Below are positions 8,763 to 17,379 of a DNA stretch of 64,000 bases, in pieces. The notes under the pieces are model-generated. The model searched no databases, was not told where the DNA came from, and was given only the letters and a program-made list of their open reading frames with translations. This DNA comes from an uncultured Verrucomicrobiota bacterium. GTDB lineage: Bacteria > Verrucomicrobiota > Kiritimatiellia > CAIQIC01 > Lenti-01. The DNA lies in contig CALMNW010000063.1 in NCBI GenBank assembly GCA_937872095.1, positions 43 to 64,042 on the forward strand. Reading direction: 5' to 3'. A program made the position numbers and the translations under genes. Every line of letters starts with the position of its first letter. The stretch's first letter is position 1.

Positions 8763-11024
8763 ATGAAACGGAAATGGATTCTGGGGCTATCCGGGTTGGT
8801 TCTTCTTGCGTTGGGGTTCGCCGCGCTGGCCGATCCTCCGACGGAAATCGATTACCAGGGCAAGATCCTGGTCAACGACATTCCCTTGACCGGGCCAGGC
8901 TATTTCAAGTACGCGATCGCCGATGAGGCCGGCACGACCAATTATTGGTCGCACGACGGCACGGCGACCGGCGAGCCGGCCACGTTCGTCACGAACGACT
9001 GCTACAACGGCGTGTTCAGCGCCGTTCTCGGCGGAGCGCCGATGGGCGACGTCGATCCGGCCATCTTCGCCGTGGATACCACGCTGGTCCTGCGCGTCTG
9101 GTTCAGCGGCGACGGCGTCGCCTTCGACGAGATGCTGCCGGCGCAGGATCTGCTGAGTTCGCCTTATGCCGTCAACGCCGATTTGCTCGACGGCTACCAC
9201 GCGGCCGATCTGCTCGGCGGCGGAATTACGGAAACGGATCCCGTTTATGCGGCCAGCGCCGCGTTCGGCATCGCCGCCGGCGACATCGTCGATTGGGACA
9301 CCGCCTACGGCTGGGGCGACCATGCCGCCGCGGGCTATGCCACGGGCACGCCTCTCTACGTCGAGTCGGATCCGCTCTGGACGGCCGCCAGCAATTTCTA
9401 CTACCAGAAGACCGAGGCGGACAGCCAGTTCGTGGACGTAGCGGGCGACACGATGACGGGGGCCTTGACGATCAATTCGGGGGCCGGCAACGAGCTGGTG
9501 GTGGACAGCGCGGGAAGCGTCGTGCGCGTCGGCAACGCCGCGGTTGTCTCGGGGGTCGGCGGCGTCGCCGTCGGTTCGCTTTCCGACGGGAGCAATCTCG
9601 GGGTGGCCGTGGGCATGGCTGCCGACGGCCAGAGCACCGGAGCGGCCTTGGGGGCTTCGGCGGATGCCAACTTCAACGGGTCGGCCGTCGGGTATCAGGC
9701 CAATGGCAGCGCCGGGGGCTCCGCCGTGGGTTATCAGGCCAACGGCAGCGCCAGCGGATCGGCCGTCGGCCAGAGTTCCGTCGGGTTCTCCTACGGCGCC
9801 GCCGTCGGCTATGCCGCCAAGGCCGGATGGTATGGCGCGGCGGTGGGCCGCTCCGCCAACGGCGCCACCAACGGCGTCGCCGTCGGCTTCGGCGCGAACG
9901 GCGCTTTCACCAACGTCGCCATCGGCGTCGCCGCCGATGCCCAGCAAGGGACGGAGCGCATCGCCATCGGGCACAACGTCACCAACGATCTGGACCACAC
10001 GGCCCGTCTGCGCGGGGCGCTCTACATGGATGGCGGCCAAGCCGTGTTCGGCCGCCGGACGTTCGCCACCGGCGCGTTCCAGCAGCTGCTGCCGTTGCCC
10101 CCGCTGGACAACGTCGTCTACGTGGCCACCAACGGCACCGCGGCGGGTCCGGGAACGATCGACCGTCCGTTCGACGTGCCGCAGAACGCCTATGCCTACG
10201 CGGCGGTCAAATACGTCGGATTCCCGGCCACCGTCGTCATCGCTTCGGGGCAATACCCGGCCTTGAACATGAATGCGGGCAATATCCACGTGATCGGCGA
10301 AAGCCGGGCCGAGCTGGCCAGCCTGCTCATCACCGCCGCGGCCAACTCCATCCGGGGCAAGCAACGGGTCGAGAACCTGATCGTGACGGGCACGACCATC
10401 GTGGCGGCGGATCTCGGCGAAGACGTCAAGTTCCACAACTGCCGGTTCGAGCTCGGGCTGTACATCTACGGTCCGAACGTGGAAGTCCAGGATTGTTTCG
10501 CCATGGCCATGGACGCTTCCGCGGTGACCGTCGGGGACGGCATCAACAACATCGACGGCATCGCGCTGACCCAGTCTTCGTTCCTGAACGACTCGGGGGT
10601 CTACGGAACGTTGACGGTCAATCTGGGCGTATACAATTTCGAAGTGGTCGGCTGCCAGATCGCGAACAAGTCGACGTTCTCCTGCATCCAGGATCTGGAG
10701 ACAGGGCCGATGGTTCCGCTCCACTTGTACACCCACAATTACATCGTCGGCGATCCTGCGGGCATTTCGGTGCGGGATCCGGTGGTCGGGGCCGGGTCGG
10801 GGCCGACGATTGCCTTCACCCAAAACACCGTTCTCGGAGGCGTGGGGATGAACGGCAATTCCCAGTTCTACGCCAACAACATTGTCTATGGACTGATCAA
10901 CAACGTGGGCGGGCCGGGTACGCCGGGCTGGCTGCAGTTCGGCGCCGGAACCGGATTGGACGGGGCGGGCAACACCGAGCATGAGACGGTCGTGCCGCCG
11001 CTTCCCGTATCTTGGGTGGACTAG
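8763..11024 (+). CDS. secreted fibre/adhesin-like protein (N-terminal YQG domain, ETDP repeats, YadA-head-like repeats, beta-helix)
   Basis: AGGAGG RBS; signal peptide; IDYQGKI; SPYAVNADLLDG; ETDPVY/ESDPLW; 13-aa repeats such as SAVGYQANGSAGG; VYVATNG...GTIDRPF. Confidence 0.85.
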   Translation: MKRKWILGLSGLVLLALGFAALADPPTEIDYQGKILVNDIPLTGPGYFKYAIADEAGTTNYWSHDGTATGEPATFVTNDCYNGVFSAVLGGAPMGDVDPAIFAVDTTLVLRVWFSGDGVAFDEMLPAQDLLSSPYAVNADLLDGYHAADLLGGGITETDPVYAASAAFGIAAGDIVDWDTAYGWGDHAAAGYATGTPLYVESDPLWTAASNFYYQKTEADSQFVDVAGDTMTGALTINSGAGNELVVDSAGSVVRVGNAAVVSGVGGVAVGSLSDGSNLGVAVGMAADGQSTGAALGASADANFNGSAVGYQANGSAGGSAVGYQANGSASGSAVGQSSVGFSYGAAVGYAAKAGWYGAAVGRSANGATNGVAVGFGANGAFTNVAIGVAADAQQGTERIAIGHNVTNDLDHTARLRGALYMDGGQAVFGRRTFATGAFQQLLPLPPLDNVVYVATNGTAAGPGTIDRPFDVPQNAYAYAAVKYVGFPATVVIASGQYPALNMNAGNIHVIGESRAELASLLITAAANSIRGKQRVENLIVTGTTIVAADLGEDVKFHNCRFELGLYIYGPNVEVQDCFAMAMDASAVTVGDGINNIDGIALTQSSFLNDSGVYGTLTVNLGVYNFEVVGCQIANKSTFSCIQDLETGPMVPLHLYTHNYIVGDPAGISVRDPVVGAGSGPTIAFTQNTVLGGVGMNGNSQFYANNIVYGLINNVGGPGTPGWLQFGAGTGLDGAGNTEHETVVPPLPVSWVD

Positions 11025-11032
11025 GAGCGGGG

Positions 11033-11560
11033 ATGATGAAAAAGCGAATTCCACTCCTGGGGTCGCTGGGGCTGGCCGCGCTGGGGTGCGCGCTGGTCCT
11101 GTCCACGGCCGCCGGCGGCCGCGTCGGCGGTCCAGCGGAGATCGTCTATGAGCGCATGGGCTCCGGCGGCGCGAACTATGCGACGAACGGAGTCACCAAG
11201 CTCGGCGGATCGATCGGGCAGGGCTACGTCCCGTATATCGCCACGAACGCGGCCGGGGAGGTCTTCCTCAACGGCTTCTGGAAGGCGGAAACGGCCTGCA
11301 TGCTCTACAATCCGAGCATCACGCAGATCGTGCAGGAGACCAACCAGGTCACCATCACGTTCCTCGTGGTGAACAGCAACACCTACTCGGTGGAATACGT
11401 CGATATCGAGGCCGGCGGCCTCGAAGCCGGCGTGCATTTCATCACCAACGAAGTCGCAACGCTGACGGGCGTGGGCGGCGCCGGTGCGACCACGACCGTC
11501 TGGCACGACGTCAGCGGCAGCACGAATCGCGCCAAGTTCTATATCATCCGGTGCGAATAG
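11033..11560 (+). CDS. small secreted partner protein with GG..LGGSIGQ...GFW motif and C-terminal domain
   Basis: Starts 8 bp after the fibre stop with a GGAG RBS; signal peptide; ends KFYIIRCE. Confidence 0.8.
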   Translation: MMKKRIPLLGSLGLAALGCALVLSTAAGGRVGGPAEIVYERMGSGGANYATNGVTKLGGSIGQGYVPYIATNAAGEVFLNGFWKAETACMLYNPSITQIVQETNQVTITFLVVNSNTYSVEYVDIEAGGLEAGVHFITNEVATLTGVGGAGATTTVWHDVSGSTNRAKFYIIRCE

Positions 11561-11639
11561 GGCGTGTGTCGAAATGCCGTAGCTGGCGATCATCCCCTCG
11601 ACGGGGTCGGGGGGAAAAGGGGTGCGTGTGCCCAGAGGG

Positions 11640-11806
11640 TATTCGCTTATTCTGTAGCCACCGAACAAGACCGGCACGAGGTTCCGCCGCCGCCAAGGCT
11701 ATGGCGGACAAGCTGTGCCGGCTCCAAACAGCCGAGCAATCCATGTCTTTGGAGTCCCCGACGAACCCCGTCGGGGGATATTCGGTGGCTACAGAATAAG
11801 CGAATA
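11640..11806. repeat. REP/MITE-like element with 26-bp perfect terminal inverted repeats (GTAG type)
   Basis: TATTCGCTTATTCTGTAGCCACCGAA (11640-11665) and its reverse complement (11781-11806), with internal hairpins. Confidence 0.8.
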
Positions 11807-11896
11807 TGCTCCGACATGGGCATGAACTCGTCACTAAAAGGAGGTGACCGGAAGCCGTGACCGCCAGCGGCGTGCGAAACAGGGCGGCCGTGTTGG

Positions 11897-12229
11897 TCAG
11901 TCCGCCAGTTTTTCGCAAACCAGCCGATTCAGGCTGATGCCGGCCTCGGAGGCCTCCATCACCAGCGCCTGGTGCCGGGTCGGCGGAACCCGCACGACGA
12001 ATCGGCCGCTGTAGCGGCGGGTGGCGACCGGTTCGGGAACGGGTTCGCCCGCGGCGCGTAGGTCGGCCTCGGCCTCCGCCGCCACGCGGCGGATTCCCTT
12101 GAGCGCGGCTTCCGGGGAGCGGGCCAGCCAGCTCAAGCTTGGAAATTCCGCGCAAAGGCCCACGTGTTCCTGGTCTTCTTCCGACCAGGTCACGCGGTAG
12201 GTGTAGCGATCGTTTCCGGGTGTTTTCAT
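11897..12229 (-). CDS. hicB: HicB-family antitoxin
   Basis: YTYRVTWSEED.EHVGLCAEFPSLSWLA and YSGRFVVRVPP..H..L..EA..AGISLN; ATGA overlap with hicA. Confidence 0.9.
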   Translation of the reverse strand: MKTPGNDRYTYRVTWSEEDQEHVGLCAEFPSLSWLARSPEAALKGIRRVAAEAEADLRAAGEPVPEPVATRRYSGRFVVRVPPTRHQALVMEASEAGISLNRLVCEKLAD

Positions 12230-12471
12230 GGCATGTTCAACTTCTCGATGGCTTTGAGGATTTGTCTGATCTGATAGGCCTTGGCCATGCCGCGGTCGTT
12301 CTGGACATTGACCCGCGGGTCGCCGGGCCATGGCGTGCGGTACAGGCGATGGCTCGATCCGCTTTGGCGGGGTGATCCAAAGAAGTGTTCGCATACCTTG
12401 CAGGCTTCCGAAAAACGGATGCCCTTGGGGTTGTCCCGCATGGCTGCCAATACCTCCTCGACCTTAGACAT
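12226..12471 (-). CDS. hicA: HicA-family toxin
   Basis: NPKGIRFSE..KVCEHFFG.PRQSGSSH..Y.TPWPGDPRVNVQ...GMAKAYQ; directly upstream of hicB. Confidence 0.9.
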   Translation of the reverse strand: MSKVEEVLAAMRDNPKGIRFSEACKVCEHFFGSPRQSGSSHRLYRTPWPGDPRVNVQNDRGMAKAYQIRQILKAIEKLNMP

Positions 12472-12477
12472 GAAGAT

Positions 12478-12505
12478 AAGATACCATTAATGATATCAAA
12501 GTCAA
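12478..12505 (-). promoter_or_regulatory. hicAB promoter with palindromic operator; probable leaderless transcript
   Basis: Minus strand: TTGACT, 16 bp (ending TGG), TATCTT, then 6 nt to the ATG; imperfect 18-bp palindrome GATACCATTAATGATATC at 12480-12497. Confidence 0.65.
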
Positions 12506-12517
12506 GCGGGGCCGAAT

Positions 12518-12560
12518 TCAATCCACCACGCATTTTCTCAGGTGCGGGTCCGTGCGGAGG
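12518..12560 (-). pseudogene. orphan duplicate of the last 13 codons + stop of the 13176..14228 gene
   Basis: 37/43 nt identical to 13176-13218; all 6 differences are synonymous (LRTDPHLRKCVVD*). Confidence 0.8.
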
Positions 12561-12591
12561 GCACGGCGGAACCGCGGTGCGGAACGGACGG

Positions 12592-13131
12592 CTAGGGGCC
12601 CGCCGGTGGAATGACCGAAGCGGAACGTTGTGCGCGGCGCAGGTGTCTGCCGAAGCGGGAAAAGGAGCGGGCCAGAATACGGTAGAAGACCAGGGTCGCG
12701 ACCGGGAAGATCAGCCGATAGAAGGGCAAGAGGCTGTCGGAGCTGCCGTCGAAGTATCGTCCTAGCGCACGGAGGATGCCGACCAGCACGATCAGCAGGG
12801 GAATCATTCCGGCAAAAAACCGAACGCTGGCGGGGAGCGACAGGACGGTGTAGCGCTCGATGAAATGAAGTCCGTCGATCTGTCGGTTGGCGCGATAGAG
12901 ATGGCGCATTCCGTAAAGGATGGCCCAGACCATCAGGATGCTGGTGAGCAAGGCCAGGGCGGAGTCTATGCCGGACGGCCGTTCGCCGTAACGGGGGGCG
13001 AACCGGCCGAGCGGTCCACCGGCCAAACCGGCGAGCAGCATGGGTAACAGCAGATATTTGATTTTTTCGCGCTCGGATACCTGTCCGTTCGCCAATTCCG
13101 CTTCGAGCAATTCCGACGACCATAGTCTCAT
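12592..13131 (-). CDS. hypothetical membrane protein (~4 TM)
   Basis: GGAGG RBS; hydrophobic segments; N...DG..FIERY..LSLP motif. Confidence 0.75.
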   Translation of the reverse strand: MRLWSSELLEAELANGQVSEREKIKYLLLPMLLAGLAGGPLGRFAPRYGERPSGIDSALALLTSILMVWAILYGMRHLYRANRQIDGLHFIERYTVLSLPASVRFFAGMIPLLIVLVGILRALGRYFDGSSDSLLPFYRLIFPVATLVFYRILARSFSRFGRHLRRAQRSASVIPPAGP

Positions 13132-13175
13132 GGTGCCTCCTGTTTGAGGTCGGATCTTACCGAATCATTGTCGAA

Positions 13176-14228
13176 TCAGTCCACCACGCACTTCCGCAGG
13201 TGCGGATCGGTGCGGAGGAATTCCTCGGCTTCGGGCAGGCAGTCGCGAGACGACAGCACCGTGTAGAAGTCTTGCTTGATGGAGGGGGCGATCCGAAGGG
13301 CTTGGAGCCAGTCGGCGCGCCGGAAAGGCTGGGCTTCGATGGTCCGCCAAAAGCCCGTTTTATCGAACAAATCGGCGATGAGTTCGGCGTTGTGCCGTTG
13401 GAGGAGGCTCACGAGATAGGTGGCCACGCCGACCTGCAGGCCGTGCATGCGGGGTTTGCCCCCGAGGGAATCCAGCGCGTGCGAAATGAGATGCTCGCTG
13501 CCGCTGGCCGGGCGCGACGATCCGCAGACTTCCATGGCGATGCCGTTGAGCATCAGCGAGGTGCCCAGCAAGCGCACGCCTTCCAAATCGCGCTGCGGCC
13601 GGGCGATGAACTGGAACACCGTGGCGTCGGACAGCAACGCGGCGAAATCGTCCACGAAGGTGCCGACCGCGTTGAAGGCCAATTTCCAGTCCGCCACGGC
13701 GGTCAGTTTGGCGACGAGGTCGCCCACGCCGGCCAACCAGAGGATTTCAGGCGCGGCCAGGCAGACCTCCGTGTCGATGACGACTCCGAAGGGCATGGCG
13801 GAGGGCAGGGACTTGCGTTTGCCTGCGAGCGTGAGGCTCGACTGCGGGCTGCAAAAGCCGTCGTTGGAAAGGGACGTCGGCACGGCGAGATAGGGGATGC
13901 GGGTGAGGTACGAGACGTATTTGGCGACGTCGAGCGCCTTGCCGCCCCCATAGCCCACGATGGCCCGGGTTTTGGCGGGCACTTGCGGAAACAGCTCGCG
14001 GGCCTGCTCGAAAGACGCTTCTTTCACCGGCCAGCGCTGCAGAACGGCGATGTTTTCCGCCTGCAGGCCGTCGCACAGACGTTTCATCAGGTCGTCGTTC
14101 AGGTCTTCGCTGTGCAGCACGACGATTTCGGAAAACGCGTTTCGGCGGGCGTAGAGGCCGACGCGCCCGGCGGCGCCGGGCTTGACGCGGACGAGATTGG
14201 GAATGGAGATCTGGGTGCGGTTCAGCAT
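13176..14228 (-). CDS. glycerol-1-phosphate dehydrogenase-like (EgsA/AraM family; DHQS/Fe-ADH superfamily)
   Basis: GYGGGKALDVAKY, VPTSLSNDGFCSP, GVGDLVAK, SSRPASGSEHLISHALD, HGLQVG; start at MLNRTQ. Confidence 0.9.
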   Translation of the reverse strand: MLNRTQISIPNLVRVKPGAAGRVGLYARRNAFSEIVVLHSEDLNDDLMKRLCDGLQAENIAVLQRWPVKEASFEQARELFPQVPAKTRAIVGYGGGKALDVAKYVSYLTRIPYLAVPTSLSNDGFCSPQSSLTLAGKRKSLPSAMPFGVVIDTEVCLAAPEILWLAGVGDLVAKLTAVADWKLAFNAVGTFVDDFAALLSDATVFQFIARPQRDLEGVRLLGTSLMLNGIAMEVCGSSRPASGSEHLISHALDSLGGKPRMHGLQVGVATYLVSLLQRHNAELIADLFDKTGFWRTIEAQPFRRADWLQALRIAPSIKQDFYTVLSSRDCLPEAEEFLRTDPHLRKCVVD

Positions 14229-14887
14229 GGCGGTTCCTCCAGCAGGGCTGCGGCGATCTGCGACCAGGTTTCGAAAGGGCGATAGGGTTCGCCGGTCGTC
14301 TTCAAATGATGGGCGAGCCAGCCGCGCGCAAAACGGTTTTCGGGGGCGACGAGATTCGCCGGCGCCAGATCGGGACGGCCGTCGCCCGCGAAGATCGCCC
14401 GCGGATCGCGCGCCAGCGCCGCCCGGACGATCGCGCACTTGTCGATGCCCGTCTCGCGCTTGAAATAGGGCGAGGCCGTCGGCAACGTCAGGCGCAGGCC
14501 CGTCTCCGGGGCGAAAACGCCGGGATTGGCATGGACTTCCAGTTCCACGCCGGCCTGGGCGAGCAATCGCTCGATGTACCACCCGCAGCCGGCCGAAGCC
14601 ACGACGATTTCCCAACCCGCCGCGCGCAGCCGCGCCACGGAGTCTTTCAGCGTCGGGTCGAGCTGCATGTCGACCAAGACTTTCTCGATGCCGGGCCAAT
14701 CGGCGCGGATGGAGCCGAAAATGCCGGCCAGCGCCTCGAAATGGGTGATCCGTCCGGCGACGTAGTCTTGCCAGTAGTCGTGGTCGGCGGCCGTCGGCAG
14801 GTCGCGCCGGGCCAGATCGAAGAAATCGAACTTCGTCATCGTGCCGTCGAAGTCGGAAACCAAAATGCGATGGAAACGCTTGCGCAT
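14222..14887 (-). CDS. MtnX-like HAD-IB phosphatase
   Basis: SDFDGTMT, VVASAG, DK, FAGDGRPD; overlaps the downstream dehydrogenase start. Confidence 0.9.
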   Translation of the reverse strand: MRKRFHRILVSDFDGTMTKFDFFDLARRDLPTAADHDYWQDYVAGRITHFEALAGIFGSIRADWPGIEKVLVDMQLDPTLKDSVARLRAAGWEIVVASAGCGWYIERLLAQAGVELEVHANPGVFAPETGLRLTLPTASPYFKRETGIDKCAIVRAALARDPRAIFAGDGRPDLAPANLVAPENRFARGWLAHHLKTTGEPYRPFETWSQIAAALLEEPPC

Positions 14888-14944
14888 GTCGGGCAGTAAA
14901 GCATACCGCAGGAAAACAGGAAATGCCGGAAACCGGCGGAAAAA

Positions 14945-15169
14945 TCAGCGCAGGGACAGCAGCAGCGGCAGCAGCAGGAGCGCAAGCAGCAACGCCACGA
15001 TCCAGATCAGGTTCCGGTGCAGGGGGCCGCGCGCCGGGAATTCGTAGCCGCAGATGGGACAGCGGTTCTCGTTGGCCGGCACCTCGACCGCGCATCCGGG
15101 GCATTCCCGGGTCGTGAATTTCGCGTGGGGATCGATCTTCATCGCCCCGAGTAAATCATATTCCGACAC
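14945..15169 (-). CDS. small zinc-ribbon membrane protein
   Basis: CPGC...CPICGYEF followed by a C-terminal TM helix; start uncertain. Confidence 0.65.
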   Translation of the reverse strand: MSEYDLLGAMKIDPHAKFTTRECPGCAVEVPANENRCPICGYEFPARGPLHRNLIWIVALLLALLLLPLLLSLR

Positions 15170-15366
15170 GGCGGGAAAGTCCGTCGCGCGCCGGAGATTG
15201 CCCGGATTGTCCGGCTCACAATCGGGAGAATCCGCGAAAATGTTGCGGATTTTCGCGCGAGCGGGATGCAGGGCGCAGATTGTGCGGTACCTTGTCGTAC
15301 AACCATGATGAAACGCCGAGCCCGTCCAACCGAATCCACGTCTGTTCAGCCTGCGGAGATTGCCCT

Positions 15367-16968
15367 ATGAACATGAAGCCTTCCGTCGTCTGGCCGCGCA
15401 TGGCGCAGCCGTTGTTTCGCCGAGACAAGCGGGGGGGATTCGCACTCGCTTTCGCGGCGATGCTGGCGCTGGTCGTGCCGGCGCGCGCCCAGGTCGTGGC
15501 CGGCTACTATCCGGAGTGGCGACGCTGGAGCTATCCGCCTTCCGCCGTGCCGTTGGAACACCTGACGCACGTCATCTACTGCTTTGCCTGGCCAAACGCC
15601 GACGGAAGCATCGCCTATCCCGACGGATTCCTGGATCCCGTGCCGGAACTGGCCCAGCGGGTCCACGCCGCCGATAAGAAGCTGCTGCTTTCGCTCGGCG
15701 GCGCGCTCGATTCCGACGGCTTCGCGCCCCTGGCGGCGAACGCGGCGGCTCGTTCCCGGTTCATCTCCGCGCTCACGGACTTCTGCTTGGCCCACCGCTT
15801 CGACGGCATCGATCTGGACTGGGAATTTCCCGCCAGCGCCGCGGAAGGAGCGAATCTGACCCAGTTGGTCCGGGAAATCCGCGCGCATTGGAGCCAAGTC
15901 GCGCCCCAACTGATGTTGACCATGACGATCGGTCCCACCGATTGGTCGGCCAAATATTTCGACGTGGCCGCGCTCCATCCGTTGCTGGACTGGATCGACG
16001 TCATGACCTACTGCTACTACGGCTCCTGGTCGGGAATGTCCGGCCACAACGCCCCGCTGTACTCCGATCCGGCGGACCCCCAGAAGGCGGGCTCCGCGGA
16101 CCAGAGCATCCGGCAGTATTTCCACGACCAGCGCGGCGTTCCTTATGAAAAAATGACCTTGGGAATTCCGTTCTACGGCCTGACCTTCACCGGGACCACC
16201 CAGCTGTACCATTCCGCCAGCGGGGGCAAGGCCACATTCTACAAAGACGTCGCCTCCCTCGATTACGCGGTTCACTGGGACGGCACGTCCTGGGTGCCGT
16301 ATCTCACGTCGCCCCTGAACGGCGGTACCATCGTTCCGTTCGACGATCCCGATTCGGTTCGCTTGAAATGCCTGTATGCCCAATCCAAGGGCTTGGCGGG
16401 CGTCGCGATCTGGGAACTCAGCCAAGACGCCGTCGCCATCGGCGACCAGCCGCTGCTGGCCGCCATCGGCGAAGAAATGCTGGGAGGAGAGGAACCCCCG
16501 CCGCCGCCCCCGCCCGAACCCGTGAACGATTTCGCGACGGGCGAGATCCGGAACCTTGGCAGCGTTTCCGGAGGATTGTCCGCCCTGCTGGCCGACGACG
16601 ACGGCTACGAATCCATCCGGGAAGAGTTTTCGAGAGGCTCTACCAAGAAACGGTACTCCTATCTGGGCCACACCTGGATGATCGACGTCGCGGGCGGAAA
16701 GTCGGTGGCGTTCCATCTGCAGGCGCATCAATCCGCCAGCGCGGACGGCGATCATTTCACGTTCGCCTATTCGACGAACAACGTGAGCTTCGTCGCCATG
16801 TTGACGGTGTCGAAAACAAAGGACGACGACGTCACGCAGGTCTACGCCCTGCCGGCCACCTTGAAGGGCAAGGTCTATATCCGGGTCCTCGACACCGTGC
16901 GCAAAGCGGGGACCACCGCGCTCGACACCCTTTACGTCGACCAGATGTTCATCCGCTCCTCGCCGTAG
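15367..16968 (+). CDS. secreted GH18 chitinase-like hydrolase with C-terminal beta domain
   Basis: VVAGYYPEW, LLSLGG, FDGIDLDWEF (intact DxDxE), VMTY, GVAIWELSQD; poly-Pro linker; start uncertain. Confidence 0.92.
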   Translation: MNMKPSVVWPRMAQPLFRRDKRGGFALAFAAMLALVVPARAQVVAGYYPEWRRWSYPPSAVPLEHLTHVIYCFAWPNADGSIAYPDGFLDPVPELAQRVHAADKKLLLSLGGALDSDGFAPLAANAAARSRFISALTDFCLAHRFDGIDLDWEFPASAAEGANLTQLVREIRAHWSQVAPQLMLTMTIGPTDWSAKYFDVAALHPLLDWIDVMTYCYYGSWSGMSGHNAPLYSDPADPQKAGSADQSIRQYFHDQRGVPYEKMTLGIPFYGLTFTGTTQLYHSASGGKATFYKDVASLDYAVHWDGTSWVPYLTSPLNGGTIVPFDDPDSVRLKCLYAQSKGLAGVAIWELSQDAVAIGDQPLLAAIGEEMLGGEEPPPPPPPEPVNDFATGEIRNLGSVSGGLSALLADDDGYESIREEFSRGSTKKRYSYLGHTWMIDVAGGKSVAFHLQAHQSASADGDHFTFAYSTNNVSFVAMLTVSKTKDDDVTQVYALPATLKGKVYIRVLDTVRKAGTTALDTLYVDQMFIRSSP

Positions 16969-17028
16969 CCCAGAGGGGGGGCCGGATTCCGAAAACGCCG
17001 CGGTCAATCCGGGGCAGGAGGGGCGTCT

Positions 17029-17265
17029 TCAATAGGTGAACAGGTCGGAACGGACGTGCGCCTTGCCGGCGGCCTGGTTCCATGCGCGCAGGATCTTGGA
17101 TTGGACGTTGGGGGTCAGGCGCCGGCCCTTGCAGGCGCGGGTCACCATCTTGAACGTGACGTGTTCGGTGGAGGCGGCCACCAGATCAGCCGGTTTGAGC
17201 CCATGCTGCGCCATGAGCCGCGCAATGGGCTGTTCGCCATGATTGAGTTCAGGATGATCGACCAT
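17029..17265 (-). CDS. small conserved hypothetical protein (possible HTH-like)
   Basis: 78-aa C-terminal part of track ORF 17029..18339: GEQPIARLM..HGL...DLV.ASTEH.T.KMV.RACKGRRLT...DLFTY. Confidence 0.7.
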   Translation of the reverse strand: MVDHPELNHGEQPIARLMAQHGLKPADLVAASTEHVTFKMVTRACKGRRLTPNVQSKILRAWNQAAGKAHVRSDLFTY

Positions 17266-17379
17266 TGAACGGAAATCCTGCCATATTCCGGAAAATATAG
17301 CAGCTCGATCCTCGCAGCACCGTCGGATCGCGGATTTTCCGTCTGGCGGCGACCACGAGTGAAGCGTACGATTGCGGCC

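Noticed and set aside
12518-13123. 201-aa track ORF ending in LRTDPHLRKCVVD as a real gene
   Set aside because: It overlaps the better membrane-protein ORF 12592..13131 in another frame; only its last 13 codons are meaningful (the orphan duplicate).
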